Shown one piece after another: positions 52,252 to 61,090 of a DNA stretch of 63,032 nucleotides. Each line of letters starts with the position of its first letter. The stretch's first letter is position 1. A program made the position numbers and the translations under genes. The notes below the pieces were generated by a model. The model was not told the origin of the DNA. It did not search any database and saw nothing but the letters and a program-made list of their open reading frames with translations. This DNA comes from an uncultured Lachnospiraceae bacterium (GTDB taxonomy: Bacteria > Bacillota > Clostridia > Lachnospirales > Lachnospiraceae), in contig CAYRAV010000013.1 of NCBI GenBank assembly GCA_964422365.1, forward strand, positions 1 through 63,032. The letters are read 5' to 3'.

Positions 52252-52370
52252 AATGCTTGTTACAAGATGTGCATCACAATTTGTGGGGGGATTTGGTCCA
52301 AATTCATGAGGCATAACAGGTTATATTGAATGAATTTGAATCAAATATCTGCACAAAGTGGGGCATACAT
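52251..52370 (-). mobile_element. Truncated MITE copy in reverse orientation
   Basis: gcttgttacaagatgtgcatcacaatttgtgggggg...ccaaattcatgagg. Begins at the last base of the SPFH stop codon. Confidence 0.55.
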
Positions 52371-52375
52371 CTTGT

Positions 52376-52407
52376 ACAATTGTTTCTGCATGGCTGAATT
52401 GTTACAT
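52376..52407 (-). repeat. Motif-B repeat copy 4 (short, reverse orientation), fused to the truncated MITE
   Basis: acaattgtttctgcatggctgaattgttacat is the reverse complement of TGTAACAGTTCAGCCGTGCAGAAACAATTGT. Confidence 0.55.
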
Positions 52408-52433
52408 ACAGTTTGAAAAGAATCAAATAGTAC

Positions 52434-52462
52434 TTGACAATTTATATGAAATTATATAATAT
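52434..52462 (+). promoter_or_regulatory. Sigma-A-type promoter (TTGACA-17-TAATAT) for the GDSL hydrolase gene
   Basis: TTGACA at 52434-52439, a 17-nt spacer, then TAATAT. Confidence 0.45.
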
Positions 52463-52504
52463 ATAAAACATATAGAAATAATATGAATTAAAGGAGAGGG
52501 TGCT

Positions 52505-53173
52505 ATGGGTTCGGTGAAAAATATATTATGTTATGGAGATTCTAATACATATGGATATCGTCCTGATGGAATGGGCAGATATGGAATTGATATAAGATGG
52601 ACAGGAATTTTACAAAAAAAATTGGGAATAGGGTATAAGATTTTTGAAGCAGGATGCTGTGGACGAACTACAGTGCTGGATGATCCTTACAGACCATACA
52701 AAAATGGAAAAGATTTTTTACTGCCTACTTTAGAGATAGCAGGTCCGGTTGATTTACTTGTACTGATGCTGGGAACAAATGATTGTAAAAGTGTATATGG
52801 GCAGACAGCAGAGCAAATCGGTTCAGGTATCAGTGAGTTGTTAGAGCTTATAAAAAACAATCCAAAGTTTAATTTGGGAACTATACCAGAAATTTTATTA
52901 ATATCCCCGCTTCATTTGAAAGATTCTGTTTGGAAAGAAAAATTTGATTTGGACTTTAATGCAAATTCAGTACAAGTCTCTAAAAAGTTAAAAGAAGTTT
53001 ATCAAAATATTGCAAAAAAAGAAAAATGCTATTTTCTGGCAGCATCTGATATTGCAGAAGCAAGTATGACAGATGGAGAGCATTTGGATGAAACAGGGCA
53101 TAAAAAGATAGCAGAATCATTGGAAAGAAAAATAAGAATTATTTTTAAGGAAAAGCAGTATAAAGCAGCATAA
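52505..53173 (+). CDS. SGNH/GDSL family hydrolase
   Basis: Block I GDSNT (CYGDSNTYG), block III, and a DxxH C-terminal context. Confidence 0.85.
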   Translation: MGSVKNILCYGDSNTYGYRPDGMGRYGIDIRWTGILQKKLGIGYKIFEAGCCGRTTVLDDPYRPYKNGKDFLLPTLEIAGPVDLLVLMLGTNDCKSVYGQTAEQIGSGISELLELIKNNPKFNLGTIPEILLISPLHLKDSVWKEKFDLDFNANSVQVSKKLKEVYQNIAKKEKCYFLAASDIAEASMTDGEHLDETGHKKIAESLERKIRIIFKEKQYKAA

Positions 53174-53333
53174 AAAAGGATAGTTATGAAGCAAGCAAAC
53201 GGGTTGCTGATGGTTTGGATATATGTTATACTATTATAGCTATAAAATATAAAGGGTTTTCTTATTTAGCAGCAATCAGCAGAAAGATAGAAAAACATAT
53301 TATAATAATCAAGAGAAACAGGATATGATAAAA

Positions 53334-53370
53334 AGAAACTCTTAGCATATGAACTAAGGGTTTCTTTTTA
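53334..53370. terminator. Bidirectional rho-independent terminator between convergent genes
   Basis: 12-bp stem agaaactcttag/ctaagggtttct with an 8-nt loop, flanked by A/T runs. Confidence 0.55.
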
Positions 53371-53392
53371 TAGATAGAATGGAATTGTATTG

Positions 53393-53851
53393 TTATTTAC
53401 GAAAACGTTTGGAGCGTATTTTAAGAAATTCGATGATGTCTTCCTGATCAGCATTAGGCAGATTCTGAAAATAGAATATCAATTCTTTTTCTTTTTTGTT
53501 TAAAAATTTTAGTTTTTTATTGTTATCAGGATTGCTTGTATATGCTAAAAACTCTGTCAATTCATCATTAAGATAGGCAGAATTAGAATGTGTAATTTGA
53601 TAATATTCTTCTGCAACTACATTTGTTGTAATGATGTAGCAAAGCAATTCATCAGGAGGAATGGAATATAGTCTGGCAATTTTATATAAAATGGATGCAC
53701 TTGGTGAATTTCTCCCAGTTTCATAATGAGAATATGCCTGACGGGAAATATCAAGATAAGAAGCCAGGTACTCCTGATTGTATCCATGTAGATTTCGAAG
53801 TTTTCTTAAGCGTTGCTGTAATGTTTCCTTATTATTGGTATCCTTACTCAT
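53393..53851 (-). CDS. XRE-family HTH transcriptional regulator
   Basis: HTH (LRNLHGYNQEYLASYLDISRQAYSHYE). Start set at MSKDT, which follows GGAGG. The ORF track's 5' extension to 54232 is rejected. Confidence 0.75.
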   Translation of the reverse strand: MSKDTNNKETLQQRLRKLRNLHGYNQEYLASYLDISRQAYSHYETGRNSPSASILYKIARLYSIPPDELLCYIITTNVVAEEYYQITHSNSAYLNDELTEFLAYTSNPDNNKKLKFLNKKEKELIFYFQNLPNADQEDIIEFLKIRSKRFRK

Positions 53852-54091
53852 GATAGCCTCCTTATATTTGTTATTATAGGTAGAAAAGAAACCAGATAGG
53901 ATAGAAATGATAGCAATTGCAAAACGATTAAATATAACAGATAGCGGATAGAGGCATAAAGTGCTATGAATGATTGGAAGCAGATCGAAGAGTAGAACAT
54001 TGATTTTTCTGTCAGTTTTTTGAAAAAGAGTAGAGAAAAAGCGATAAGAAGGTTTTATAAGGTCAGAAGAAAAATAGAAGAAAGGGAAAAT

Positions 54092-54158
54092 TATGCAAAC
54101 ACATATCTTTTTTGTGTTTGTACCTATCAAAAATAAACAGGTTTGTGCTTGATAGGGT
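54092..54158 (+). repeat. About 67-bp sequence, direct-repeat partner of 54966-55035
   Basis: tatgcaaacacatatcttttttgtgtttgtacctatcaaaaataaacaggtttgtgcttgatagg. Contains the perfect inverted repeat caaacaca-N10-tgtgtttg and cctatcaa-N19-ttgatagg. Confidence 0.5.
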
Positions 54159-54169
54159 TGGTGCAAATA

Positions 54170-54952
54170 ATGACAGAATTGGAAAAATATTATAATAAAT
54201 TTAATGAGGAAAAACGTCTTAATAGTAGACATGGAAGAGTGGAATACTTAACTTCTATGAAATACATTCATCAATATTTAGATGATATGGAAGAGCCTAA
54301 AGTGCTCGATGTTGGTGCTGGAACCGGAAGGTACTCAGTTCAATTAGCGAATGAGGGATATGATGTAACAGCAATAGAATTGGTAAAGTATAACCTGGGT
54401 ATTTTAAAAGCAAAAAGTAGTTCAGTGAAAGCTTATCAGGGAACTGCTTTAAATTTAAAAAGATTTAGCAACAATTCTTTTGATATGGTATTAGTATTTG
54501 GTCCAATGTACCATTTGTATACATTTGAAGAAAAATTAAAAGCATTACAAGAGTCAAAGAGAGTTACAAAGACAGGGGGGATTATTCTGGTTGCGTACTG
54601 CATGAATGAGTATAGTATATTAACCTATGGCTTTAAAGAAAATAATATAAAAGATTGTATAGAGAAAAAGAAGGTTACAGAAGATTTTCATGTACTGGCA
54701 AAACCAGAAGATTTGTACGATTATGTAAGGCTGGAAGATATTGACAGATTAGATAAAGCGGTAAACTTACAGAGGTTGAAAATCATTTCAGCAGATGGTC
54801 CGGCAAATTATATGCGTCCTGCTTTAAAAGCTATGGATGAAGAAACTTTTGAATTGTTCATGAAATATCATTTATGTACTTGTGAAAGAATGGATATGAT
54901 GGGGGCAGGTGCACATACAGTTGATATTTTAAAGAAAATAGAAGAAGCGTGA
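54170..54952 (+). CDS. Class I SAM-dependent methyltransferase (small-molecule type)
   Basis: Motif I VLDVGAGTGRYS, and a post-I acidic residue context. Confidence 0.8.
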   Translation: MTELEKYYNKFNEEKRLNSRHGRVEYLTSMKYIHQYLDDMEEPKVLDVGAGTGRYSVQLANEGYDVTAIELVKYNLGILKAKSSSVKAYQGTALNLKRFSNNSFDMVLVFGPMYHLYTFEEKLKALQESKRVTKTGGIILVAYCMNEYSILTYGFKENNIKDCIEKKKVTEDFHVLAKPEDLYDYVRLEDIDRLDKAVNLQRLKIISADGPANYMRPALKAMDEETFELFMKYHLCTCERMDMMGAGAHTVDILKKIEEA

Positions 54953-54965
54953 AAGAAAATGAAAC

Positions 54966-55035
54966 AATATGCAAACATATATTTTTATCTTTTGTGTCTG
55001 CATCTGTCAAATTTAAACGGACTTGTATTTCTATC
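54966..55035 (+). repeat. Second copy of the 54092-54158 sequence (about 70% identity)
   Basis: tatgcaaacatatatttttatcttttgtgtctgcatctgtcaaatttaaacggacttgtatttctatc. Confidence 0.5.
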
Positions 55036-55103
55036 TTTGGAAACAGCAGTCAATCAATAGATACAAATAATGAATATCAAATAAGAAAGAGCATGGTATA
55101 TGT

Positions 55104-55329
55104 TAGAGCGTGTTTGAAAATTCATTGCCACAATCTGAACGCTCCAATTTGTGTACCCATCCGGACATACCGAAATCCATGCCTATTCAGGCTGGCGGAC
55201 TTTGTTCAATAAGGTATGGATATTTGTTCCAAAATCATTCAATGCAGCCCGCTGCATCTCATGAATTTGGAACAATCCCCACAAATTGTGACGCACATCT
55301 TTTAACAAGCAATTTTCAAACACGCTCTA
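55104..55329 (+). mobile_element. MITE copy (long variant with a roughly 65-bp internal module)
   Basis: Perfect 19-bp terminal inverted repeats TAGAGCGTGTTTGAAAATT/AATTTTCAAACACGCTCTA with TA flanks. Confidence 0.85.
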
Positions 55330-55354
55330 GGATACCATGCTCTTTATGGAATAA

Positions 55355-56131
55355 TTAACGTATAGAAACATAAACTGAATTCTGCAAAGAACCACATGTT
55401 GCTGTGACAAGTACTGAACCACGGGATTTTGCATGTAATTTTCCGGTCTTTTTAGTAATAGAAGCAACTTTGGAATTGTTAACAGACCAAGTAACAGCTT
55501 TATTAATATTGTATCGCTTTATTTTGAATTGATATGTTTGCCCTGGTCTCATCAAAACAGTAGCCTGACGGAAAACAAGATATGCATTGATTACAGTTAC
55601 TTTTGTTTTCTTTTTATATTTTTTGCCATTTACAGAAATTTTAGTAACGATTGTTGTAGTTCCGGCTTTTTTTGCAGCCATTTTTCCATTAGAATTAATT
55701 TTTACAATGGATGGTTTTTTGGATGTAAAAGTTTTTTTGACTTTAGTAGAGTTATTTTTAACTGTGACTTTGAGCAGTTTTTTTTCATTTGGATAGAGGG
55801 AAGCTTTTTTAGGAACAGAAATAGATAAAGCAGCAGGTGTTGTCGGAGTGATAGAGGAACCAGATGCAGGAGTAGTGCTAATAGAGGAACCAGAGGTGAC
55901 ATTCGTGTCAATTGCAGCACCAGATGTGGTATTGGTGTCGATTGCAGAAGAACTGCCCGATATAGAATAAACTATAGTATTTGGAAGTATGTCAATATTT
56001 GCAGAGGAACAAGTGGGCATGTCCTTATCATAAGTGGCAAGGACTGTAACAGTATTGTTAGGAATATAGGCAACCGTACACACAGAAACCATGGCGGCAG
56101 CTAATAATTTTTTGAATTTAAAATAAAACAT
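55355..56131 (-). CDS. Secreted bacterial Ig-like (Big_2) domain protein
   Basis: Signal peptide, a Ser/Thr-rich linker and a C-terminal Big_2-like domain. Start set at the ATG after AAGGAAGG. Confidence 0.65.
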   Translation of the reverse strand: MFYFKFKKLLAAAMVSVCTVAYIPNNTVTVLATYDKDMPTCSSANIDILPNTIVYSISGSSSAIDTNTTSGAAIDTNVTSGSSISTTPASGSSITPTTPAALSISVPKKASLYPNEKKLLKVTVKNNSTKVKKTFTSKKPSIVKINSNGKMAAKKAGTTTIVTKISVNGKKYKKKTKVTVINAYLVFRQATVLMRPGQTYQFKIKRYNINKAVTWSVNNSKVASITKKTGKLHAKSRGSVLVTATCGSLQNSVYVSIR

Positions 56132-56632
56132 ACTATCAACCTTCCTTTCATTAATTCTGGAAATATCGTGAAAAATAAAAATTTTCATGATTTTCACATA
56201 GTATCAATAATTGTAAGTTTTCATATAATAACGTGTAACATTATATCGATAAAAGGGGAGAAAGTCAAGAAAGTAGTGAAAAAGATTGAAAAACCGGCAG
56301 AATAGTAACCTAAAATATTACAATTTTTCTTTAATTTTCCAGAATATGTACTTTGAACAAAAAATCTGTTAATTAACAGTTAAATTACTTATTCTGGCTG
56401 TTTGATTTATAGAAAAAGTTGTGTAATCTGCCTTTAATAAACAAGATTGTATGTACAGAGTATTCAATTATTTGTATATGGTTAAACCATAACTAAAAAA
56501 TAAATAAAGCAGAAATATTTACAATGCTAAAAACTTGACGTATAATATATGTGGGACTCAATTTCGAAAGAAATAAGAAACCATGATAAAATTAAAATTT
56601 AGATTGAAAAACAAGGAAAGGTTGGAGAGCAT

Positions 56633-56860
56633 ATGAAAAGAATTGAATTATCACCATATGGAGTAAGAATTGTAAAAGAGGCATTTAGCGATTACAGTCT
56701 AACAGAACTGAAGTATATGTGTGTGGATCCAGATGGAGAAAACTATAAAGTGGGTTTTTCTGTAGTTGCGGGAAATCGTCTGAAATTAAATGATGGAACA
56801 GATACAGTTGTTATTTCAGGGAATAAGATGGCAGAGATTTTATTTCAACTGCTAGATTAG
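56633..56860 (+). CDS. Small hypothetical protein (75 aa)
   Basis: RBS AAGGAAAGG. Confidence 0.45.
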   Translation: MKRIELSPYGVRIVKEAFSDYSLTELKYMCVDPDGENYKVGFSVVAGNRLKLNDGTDTVVISGNKMAEILFQLLD

Positions 56861-56877
56861 AAGTTACATAATACTCC

Positions 56878-57056
56878 TGTCAAATGCTGCCACAATTTAT
56901 GTCATTTGGGCTGGCAGACTTTGTTCAATAAAGTATGGTGTTGGCCTAAATTCATTTCGTGCAGTCCGTTGCACCTCATGAATTTGGAACAAATTTTTCA
57001 CAAATTGTCATACTCATCTTGTAACAAGTAATTTTCAAACATGTCAGGTGTATATG
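56878..57056 (+). mobile_element. MITE copy (5'-degenerate; contains the same internal module as 55104)
   Basis: tgccacaatttatg...ctggcagactttgttcaataaagtatgg...ccgttgcacctcatgaatttgg...gtaattttcaaacatgtc. Confidence 0.65.
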
Positions 57057-57514
57057 GAACTGTAATAAATTTAAAGAAGATATTGTAATAAAATGCTGTA
57101 GTATTAACAATCAAAATTGCGAATACCATAGCATTTTATTATTTCTATAAGAAAGTCCGATGTCTGACATGAACAATTCTTGATAATATAGAAAGATTGC
57201 TTTCTATATGTATGTTTCGGTCAATCCATAACTTTTTTGTTAAAAATATATCTTTTGGTAAATAATACTTATTTGGTATACCTGGTTGGGCATACCATGG
57301 TTCATGTTCATTTGGGATGACAGACTTTATCTAATAATGGATACCATAATAGGTATACTCATACTGGAAAATAAGGTTGAATGACAAGAATGAACTGTAA
57401 TTTTTTGTTTAAAAAAACTAAAATGGGGGGTAGTGTTTTTAATCATTCTTTGATATAATAAGTAATGTTACGTAAAAATGTGTTAAGAGTATATAGATGC
57501 AAGGAGAATCGGTC

Positions 57515-58672
57515 ATGAAAGAAAAACAAAAGAAATCTGTTTTGAGCTATGATATAGAAGAATTAATAAAAAAAGGAGAGGATTTGGCGGAAAATACAGA
57601 AAAATCTGAAGATTCGGTAATATATGCATTAAGCTGCTATTCGGTGGAAGATTTAAAAGACATTGCAAAACAACATGGGCTGAAGGGGTATTCAAAGTTA
57701 AAGAAAAAGGAACTTATGAGTGCAGTGGTTGGCTGTATTTTGGATGAGAATATTGCAAAAGAGTATTTTATGAATGCTAAAGAAAGAGAATATGATTTTT
57801 TTGATAGATTGTACAGTGGGAAATTAGAAAATGAGACAATTGGTGCAGCACAGTATTTGTACTGGATAGATGGAGGTTATCTTTTTATTCAGGATGATGT
57901 GAATATCACGATATTAAAAGAGACAAAAGCACTATATAAAAAAATTAATACAAAAGCTTTTCAAAAAAAGAGAAAGAATTTTAGAATGGTTTCAGATTAT
58001 TTGCTGGCATGTAAAAATTTATATGGCATCTTTTCTATAGAGAAATTTTTAGAGATTTATAATGGACAGAATGAAGATAAGATAAATAAGAGAACTGTAT
58101 TTGATGTGTTTCAGTCAATGTCAGAGGGTAATGATGGTTTGATATTGCAAGATGATATTTTTATTGAAAGTTCCTTGATTGAGTATAAAGAATATGAGAC
58201 ACTGAAAAATCAACAAGGCGACAAACCTTTTTATATTCCAGAGCAAAAAGTGTTTCTACAATATGCAGATGATGCATATATGGAACATAATCCACAATTT
58301 GAAGTTTTAAAGAGATATCTTATAAGGAAGAAAAAAGTAGAGGAGAAATTTGCAGTTCAATTGTGCACAGTTATCCGGGAAGATTTTATTGTAGGTATTC
58401 CGTTGCAAGATGTGGTTGCACATTTTGATGAGGCAGAAATTACATGGACTAGTGAAAAGCAGTTTGATGAAATGCTGGAAATTTTGGTAAAATGCTATAA
58501 TAATACAAGAATGATAGGTAATCGTGGATACACCCCAAATGAAATCGCTGCGTTTCATCAAAGTGAGCCTGCAATGCAGCGCAATACATTACAGGGAGGC
58601 AGTAAAATATATCCAAATGACAAATGTCCATGTGGAAGCGGGAAAAAGTATAAACATTGTTGTGGAAAATAA
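57515..58672 (+). CDS. SEC-C metal-binding motif protein (YecA-like C-terminus)
   Basis: C-terminal CPCGSGKKYKHCCG. Start set at the ATG after AAGGAGAA. Confidence 0.65.
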   Translation: MKEKQKKSVLSYDIEELIKKGEDLAENTEKSEDSVIYALSCYSVEDLKDIAKQHGLKGYSKLKKKELMSAVVGCILDENIAKEYFMNAKEREYDFFDRLYSGKLENETIGAAQYLYWIDGGYLFIQDDVNITILKETKALYKKINTKAFQKKRKNFRMVSDYLLACKNLYGIFSIEKFLEIYNGQNEDKINKRTVFDVFQSMSEGNDGLILQDDIFIESSLIEYKEYETLKNQQGDKPFYIPEQKVFLQYADDAYMEHNPQFEVLKRYLIRKKKVEEKFAVQLCTVIREDFIVGIPLQDVVAHFDEAEITWTSEKQFDEMLEILVKCYNNTRMIGNRGYTPNEIAAFHQSEPAMQRNTLQGGSKIYPNDKCPCGSGKKYKHCCGK

Positions 58673-59054
58673 GACTGTTGCAGAAGGCAGATGGTGCAAT
58701 ATATCATTATGGTTTATTGCACCTTTGTCTGATGTACAGTCTTTTTGTATAAAATGCATGTTTTGGAAAATATATCCAGTTGTGCCATACTTTTATTTCC
58801 TATGAGAAAACAAATTGCTTTGTATGTGGCTGGCAAAGCAGAAATGCTTGTATTTCTATTGATAACTACCACAAGGGTTAAAAGGGGCTGCCACATTAAA
58901 ATCAAATGATACCATATATCGTTTATAGATAAAATATCAATAACTATATATAGTACCATTTTGACTTAATGCGACAGTCCCATTTGACTTTTAAAGAAAG
59001 TATGGTAGAATTATTGAAAAGCGCATAAGATTTCACAAAGAAAAGGGGATGGGT

Positions 59055-59324
59055 ATGGCAGAAAAAGATTTTGAGGAAGCATTTGAGGAAGTGTATCGGA
59101 TCAATGCAGTTGGCAGAGGTGGCAGCACAGCACATCAAATATATGAAGATATTAGAACAATAAAAATGTTTTATTTAAAAAAAGTTATAGAAGAGTATTG
59201 TTTAGAGGAAAAGGAATATGACAGAGTTGAAATTGTTGAAGATTCAGAAAAATTAAAATATCAGGTTCTGTTGGATGGAAAAGAAGTATGGCAGTTTCGC
59301 ATAAAAATTAGAAATCAAAGATAA
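59055..59324 (+). CDS. Small hypothetical protein
   Basis: ORF with RBS AAAGGGGATGGG. Confidence 0.4.
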   Translation: MAEKDFEEAFEEVYRINAVGRGGSTAHQIYEDIRTIKMFYLKKVIEEYCLEEKEYDRVEIVEDSEKLKYQVLLDGKEVWQFRIKIRNQR

Positions 59325-59346
59325 GAAAGCAGCAGGTAGAAATAGT

Positions 59347-59778
59347 ATGAAAATAGTTTATCAAAAAGCAAGGAAAGAAGATGCACAAGTTCTTGCTAAA
59401 ATGACAGAAGAATTAGTAGGAAATAATTCCGATTTAAAAAAGCTGGAAGATACTTTAGAAATGCTTTTTGAAAAAGAAGAATATTATATAGTAACAGCGC
59501 ATTGTAATGGAAAAGTAGTTGGCATGAGTCAGGGAATCATCTGCCATGATATTTGCGAAGATTGTAGAAATTTTCTTGTAATTGAGAATGTATATGTTCA
59601 AGAAGAATACAGAGGACAGCATGTTGCAGAAGGAATTTTTGAAGAATTGGAAAATTGGGGCAGGACACATAATTGTTACTATGCAATTTTGGTTTCTGAA
59701 AATAAGAGGGAACGGGCACATAGCTTTTATCAAAAGATAGGATATAAAAAAGAAGGTGGATTTAGAAAATATTTATGA
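59347..59778 (+). CDS. GNAT family N-acetyltransferase
   Basis: Acetyl-CoA-binding motif A-like region (RGQHVAEGIFEELENW). Confidence 0.75.
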   Translation: MKIVYQKARKEDAQVLAKMTEELVGNNSDLKKLEDTLEMLFEKEEYYIVTAHCNGKVVGMSQGIICHDICEDCRNFLVIENVYVQEEYRGQHVAEGIFEELENWGRTHNCYYAILVSENKRERAHSFYQKIGYKKEGGFRKYL

Positions 59779-60542
59779 ATACAGTATTTATTAGTGGAGC
59801 ATCTTCGGGAATCGGAGAGGCATTAGCAGAAGAATTTGCAAAACATAACTACCGATTGGTATTAACAGCAAGAAATAAGGACAAGTTGATACGGATAAAA
59901 AGGAATTTGGAAATAAAATACCAAGTCAGGGTAATTGTATTTGCCGCTGATATTTCAAAAAAAGAAGAGAGAATAGTATTGTGTGAAGAAATGAAGAAAA
60001 GAAGGCTTGTAATTGATGTGGCAGTAAACAATGCTGGAATTGGATTAAGTGGAAGTTTTTTAGAGCAATCGGAAGAAAAATTACAAGAAATGATGAGATT
60101 GAATATGGAAACACTTACAATGCTTACAAAATTTTTTTGGAAGGATATGAAAAAAAGAAGAAAAGGAAAAATCATTAATATAGCTTCTACAGGTGCTTAT
60201 CATCCAGGACCATATACAGCTGTATATTATGCAACAAAGGCATATGTACTTTCTTTTACAGAGGCGGCTGCAAGAGAGGGAAAACGTGACAATGTACAGA
60301 TAACAGCGGTCTGTCCTGGAGCTGTGAAGACACAGTTTGCAAAATGTGCAGGACGCAGAAATAATGCTTTAGCAGATACACCTCAAAAGGTAGCAGAACA
60401 CATCTATAAAAAAGCAGTAATCGGACAACAAAAAACTGTTTTCATTGGTCTAAAATATTGCATATGGATAAGATTCCCAAGAAGGATTGCATCGTTCTTA
60501 ATAGAGAGACAACAAAGAAGGTTATTGATAAATGATAACTAG
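59775..60542 (+). CDS. SDR family oxidoreductase; its TAG stop codon is supplied by the MITE terminus
   Basis: TGxxxGIG (SGASSGIGEAL), NNAG, YxxxK (YYATK). Stop TAG at 60540-60542 is the first 3 nt of a MITE terminal repeat. Confidence 0.85.
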   Translation: MNTVFISGASSGIGEALAEEFAKHNYRLVLTARNKDKLIRIKRNLEIKYQVRVIVFAADISKKEERIVLCEEMKKRRLVIDVAVNNAGIGLSGSFLEQSEEKLQEMMRLNMETLTMLTKFFWKDMKKRRKGKIINIASTGAYHPGPYTAVYYATKAYVLSFTEAAAREGKRDNVQITAVCPGAVKTQFAKCAGRRNNALADTPQKVAEHIYKKAVIGQQKTVFIGLKYCIWIRFPRRIASFLIERQQRRLLINDN

Positions 60543-60650
60543 AGCGTGTTTGAAAATTCATTGCTACAATCTGCATGTCCTGCTTTGCGTGTATATTTAC
60601 CCCAAATTCTCCACAGATTATGATGTACATCTTGTAAAAAGCAATTTCAG
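60540..60650 (+). mobile_element. Truncated MITE copy (left terminal repeat intact, hairpin and right end missing)
   Basis: TAGAGCGTGTTTGAAAATTCATTGCTACAATCTGCA...gtacatcttgtaaaaagcaattt. Confidence 0.7.
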
Positions 60651-60742
60651 TTATGTTCTATGTGGGAAGAAAACTACAGTGATTTGAGTTTTTTGAATGT
60701 TCTGGGAAATCGTTTCAGATAACAATTAAAGCAGGATAAGAG

Positions 60743-60931
60743 GTGGTTTTGGTGGAAAATAGTTTAGTAGAGGACAAAATAAGCGAAATATTTGACGAAA
60801 AAGCAAAAGAAAAAATTTTGGAAAGAAAAGTGACACCACAAAAAATAGTATGTCCTGAATGTGGAGGAATCACCATCGAAGGGTTAGATTTCTGCCATAA
60901 GTGCGGAGGTGTGGAGGTTACAGGAATATAA
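60743..60931 (+). CDS. Small zinc-ribbon protein (62 aa)
   Basis: CPECGG...CHKCGG. GTG start after AGGATAAGAGG. Confidence 0.4.
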   Translation: MVLVENSLVEDKISEIFDEKAKEKILERKVTPQKIVCPECGGITIEGLDFCHKCGGVEVTGI

Positions 60932-61090
60932 GAGTAAAATAAAAATAGAAAAAAGGAAAATAAGCAAACACATAGTATTACTTTTGATATCTGTACCTAC
61001 CAAATATAAGTGAGTTTATAATTAAATAGACTGATTAGCAGGCCTAAGTTTGAGTGAGTATGGAATAAAGATGAACTAGGAGGAGATAAA

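Noticed and set aside
53852-54232. N-terminal 127 codons of the minus-strand ORF 53393..54232
   Set aside because: Hydrophobic low-complexity translation of AT-rich intergenic DNA. The XRE domain starts at an internal ATG with a GGAGG RBS (53851).
54949-55358. ORFs 54949..55212 and 55110..55358
   Set aside because: Within the 70-bp direct repeat and the MITE. Repeat-derived.
55529-55920. Several 60-100-aa ORFs on the plus strand
   Set aside because: Antisense to the Ser/Thr-rich linker of the Big_2 protein gene. Low-complexity artefacts.
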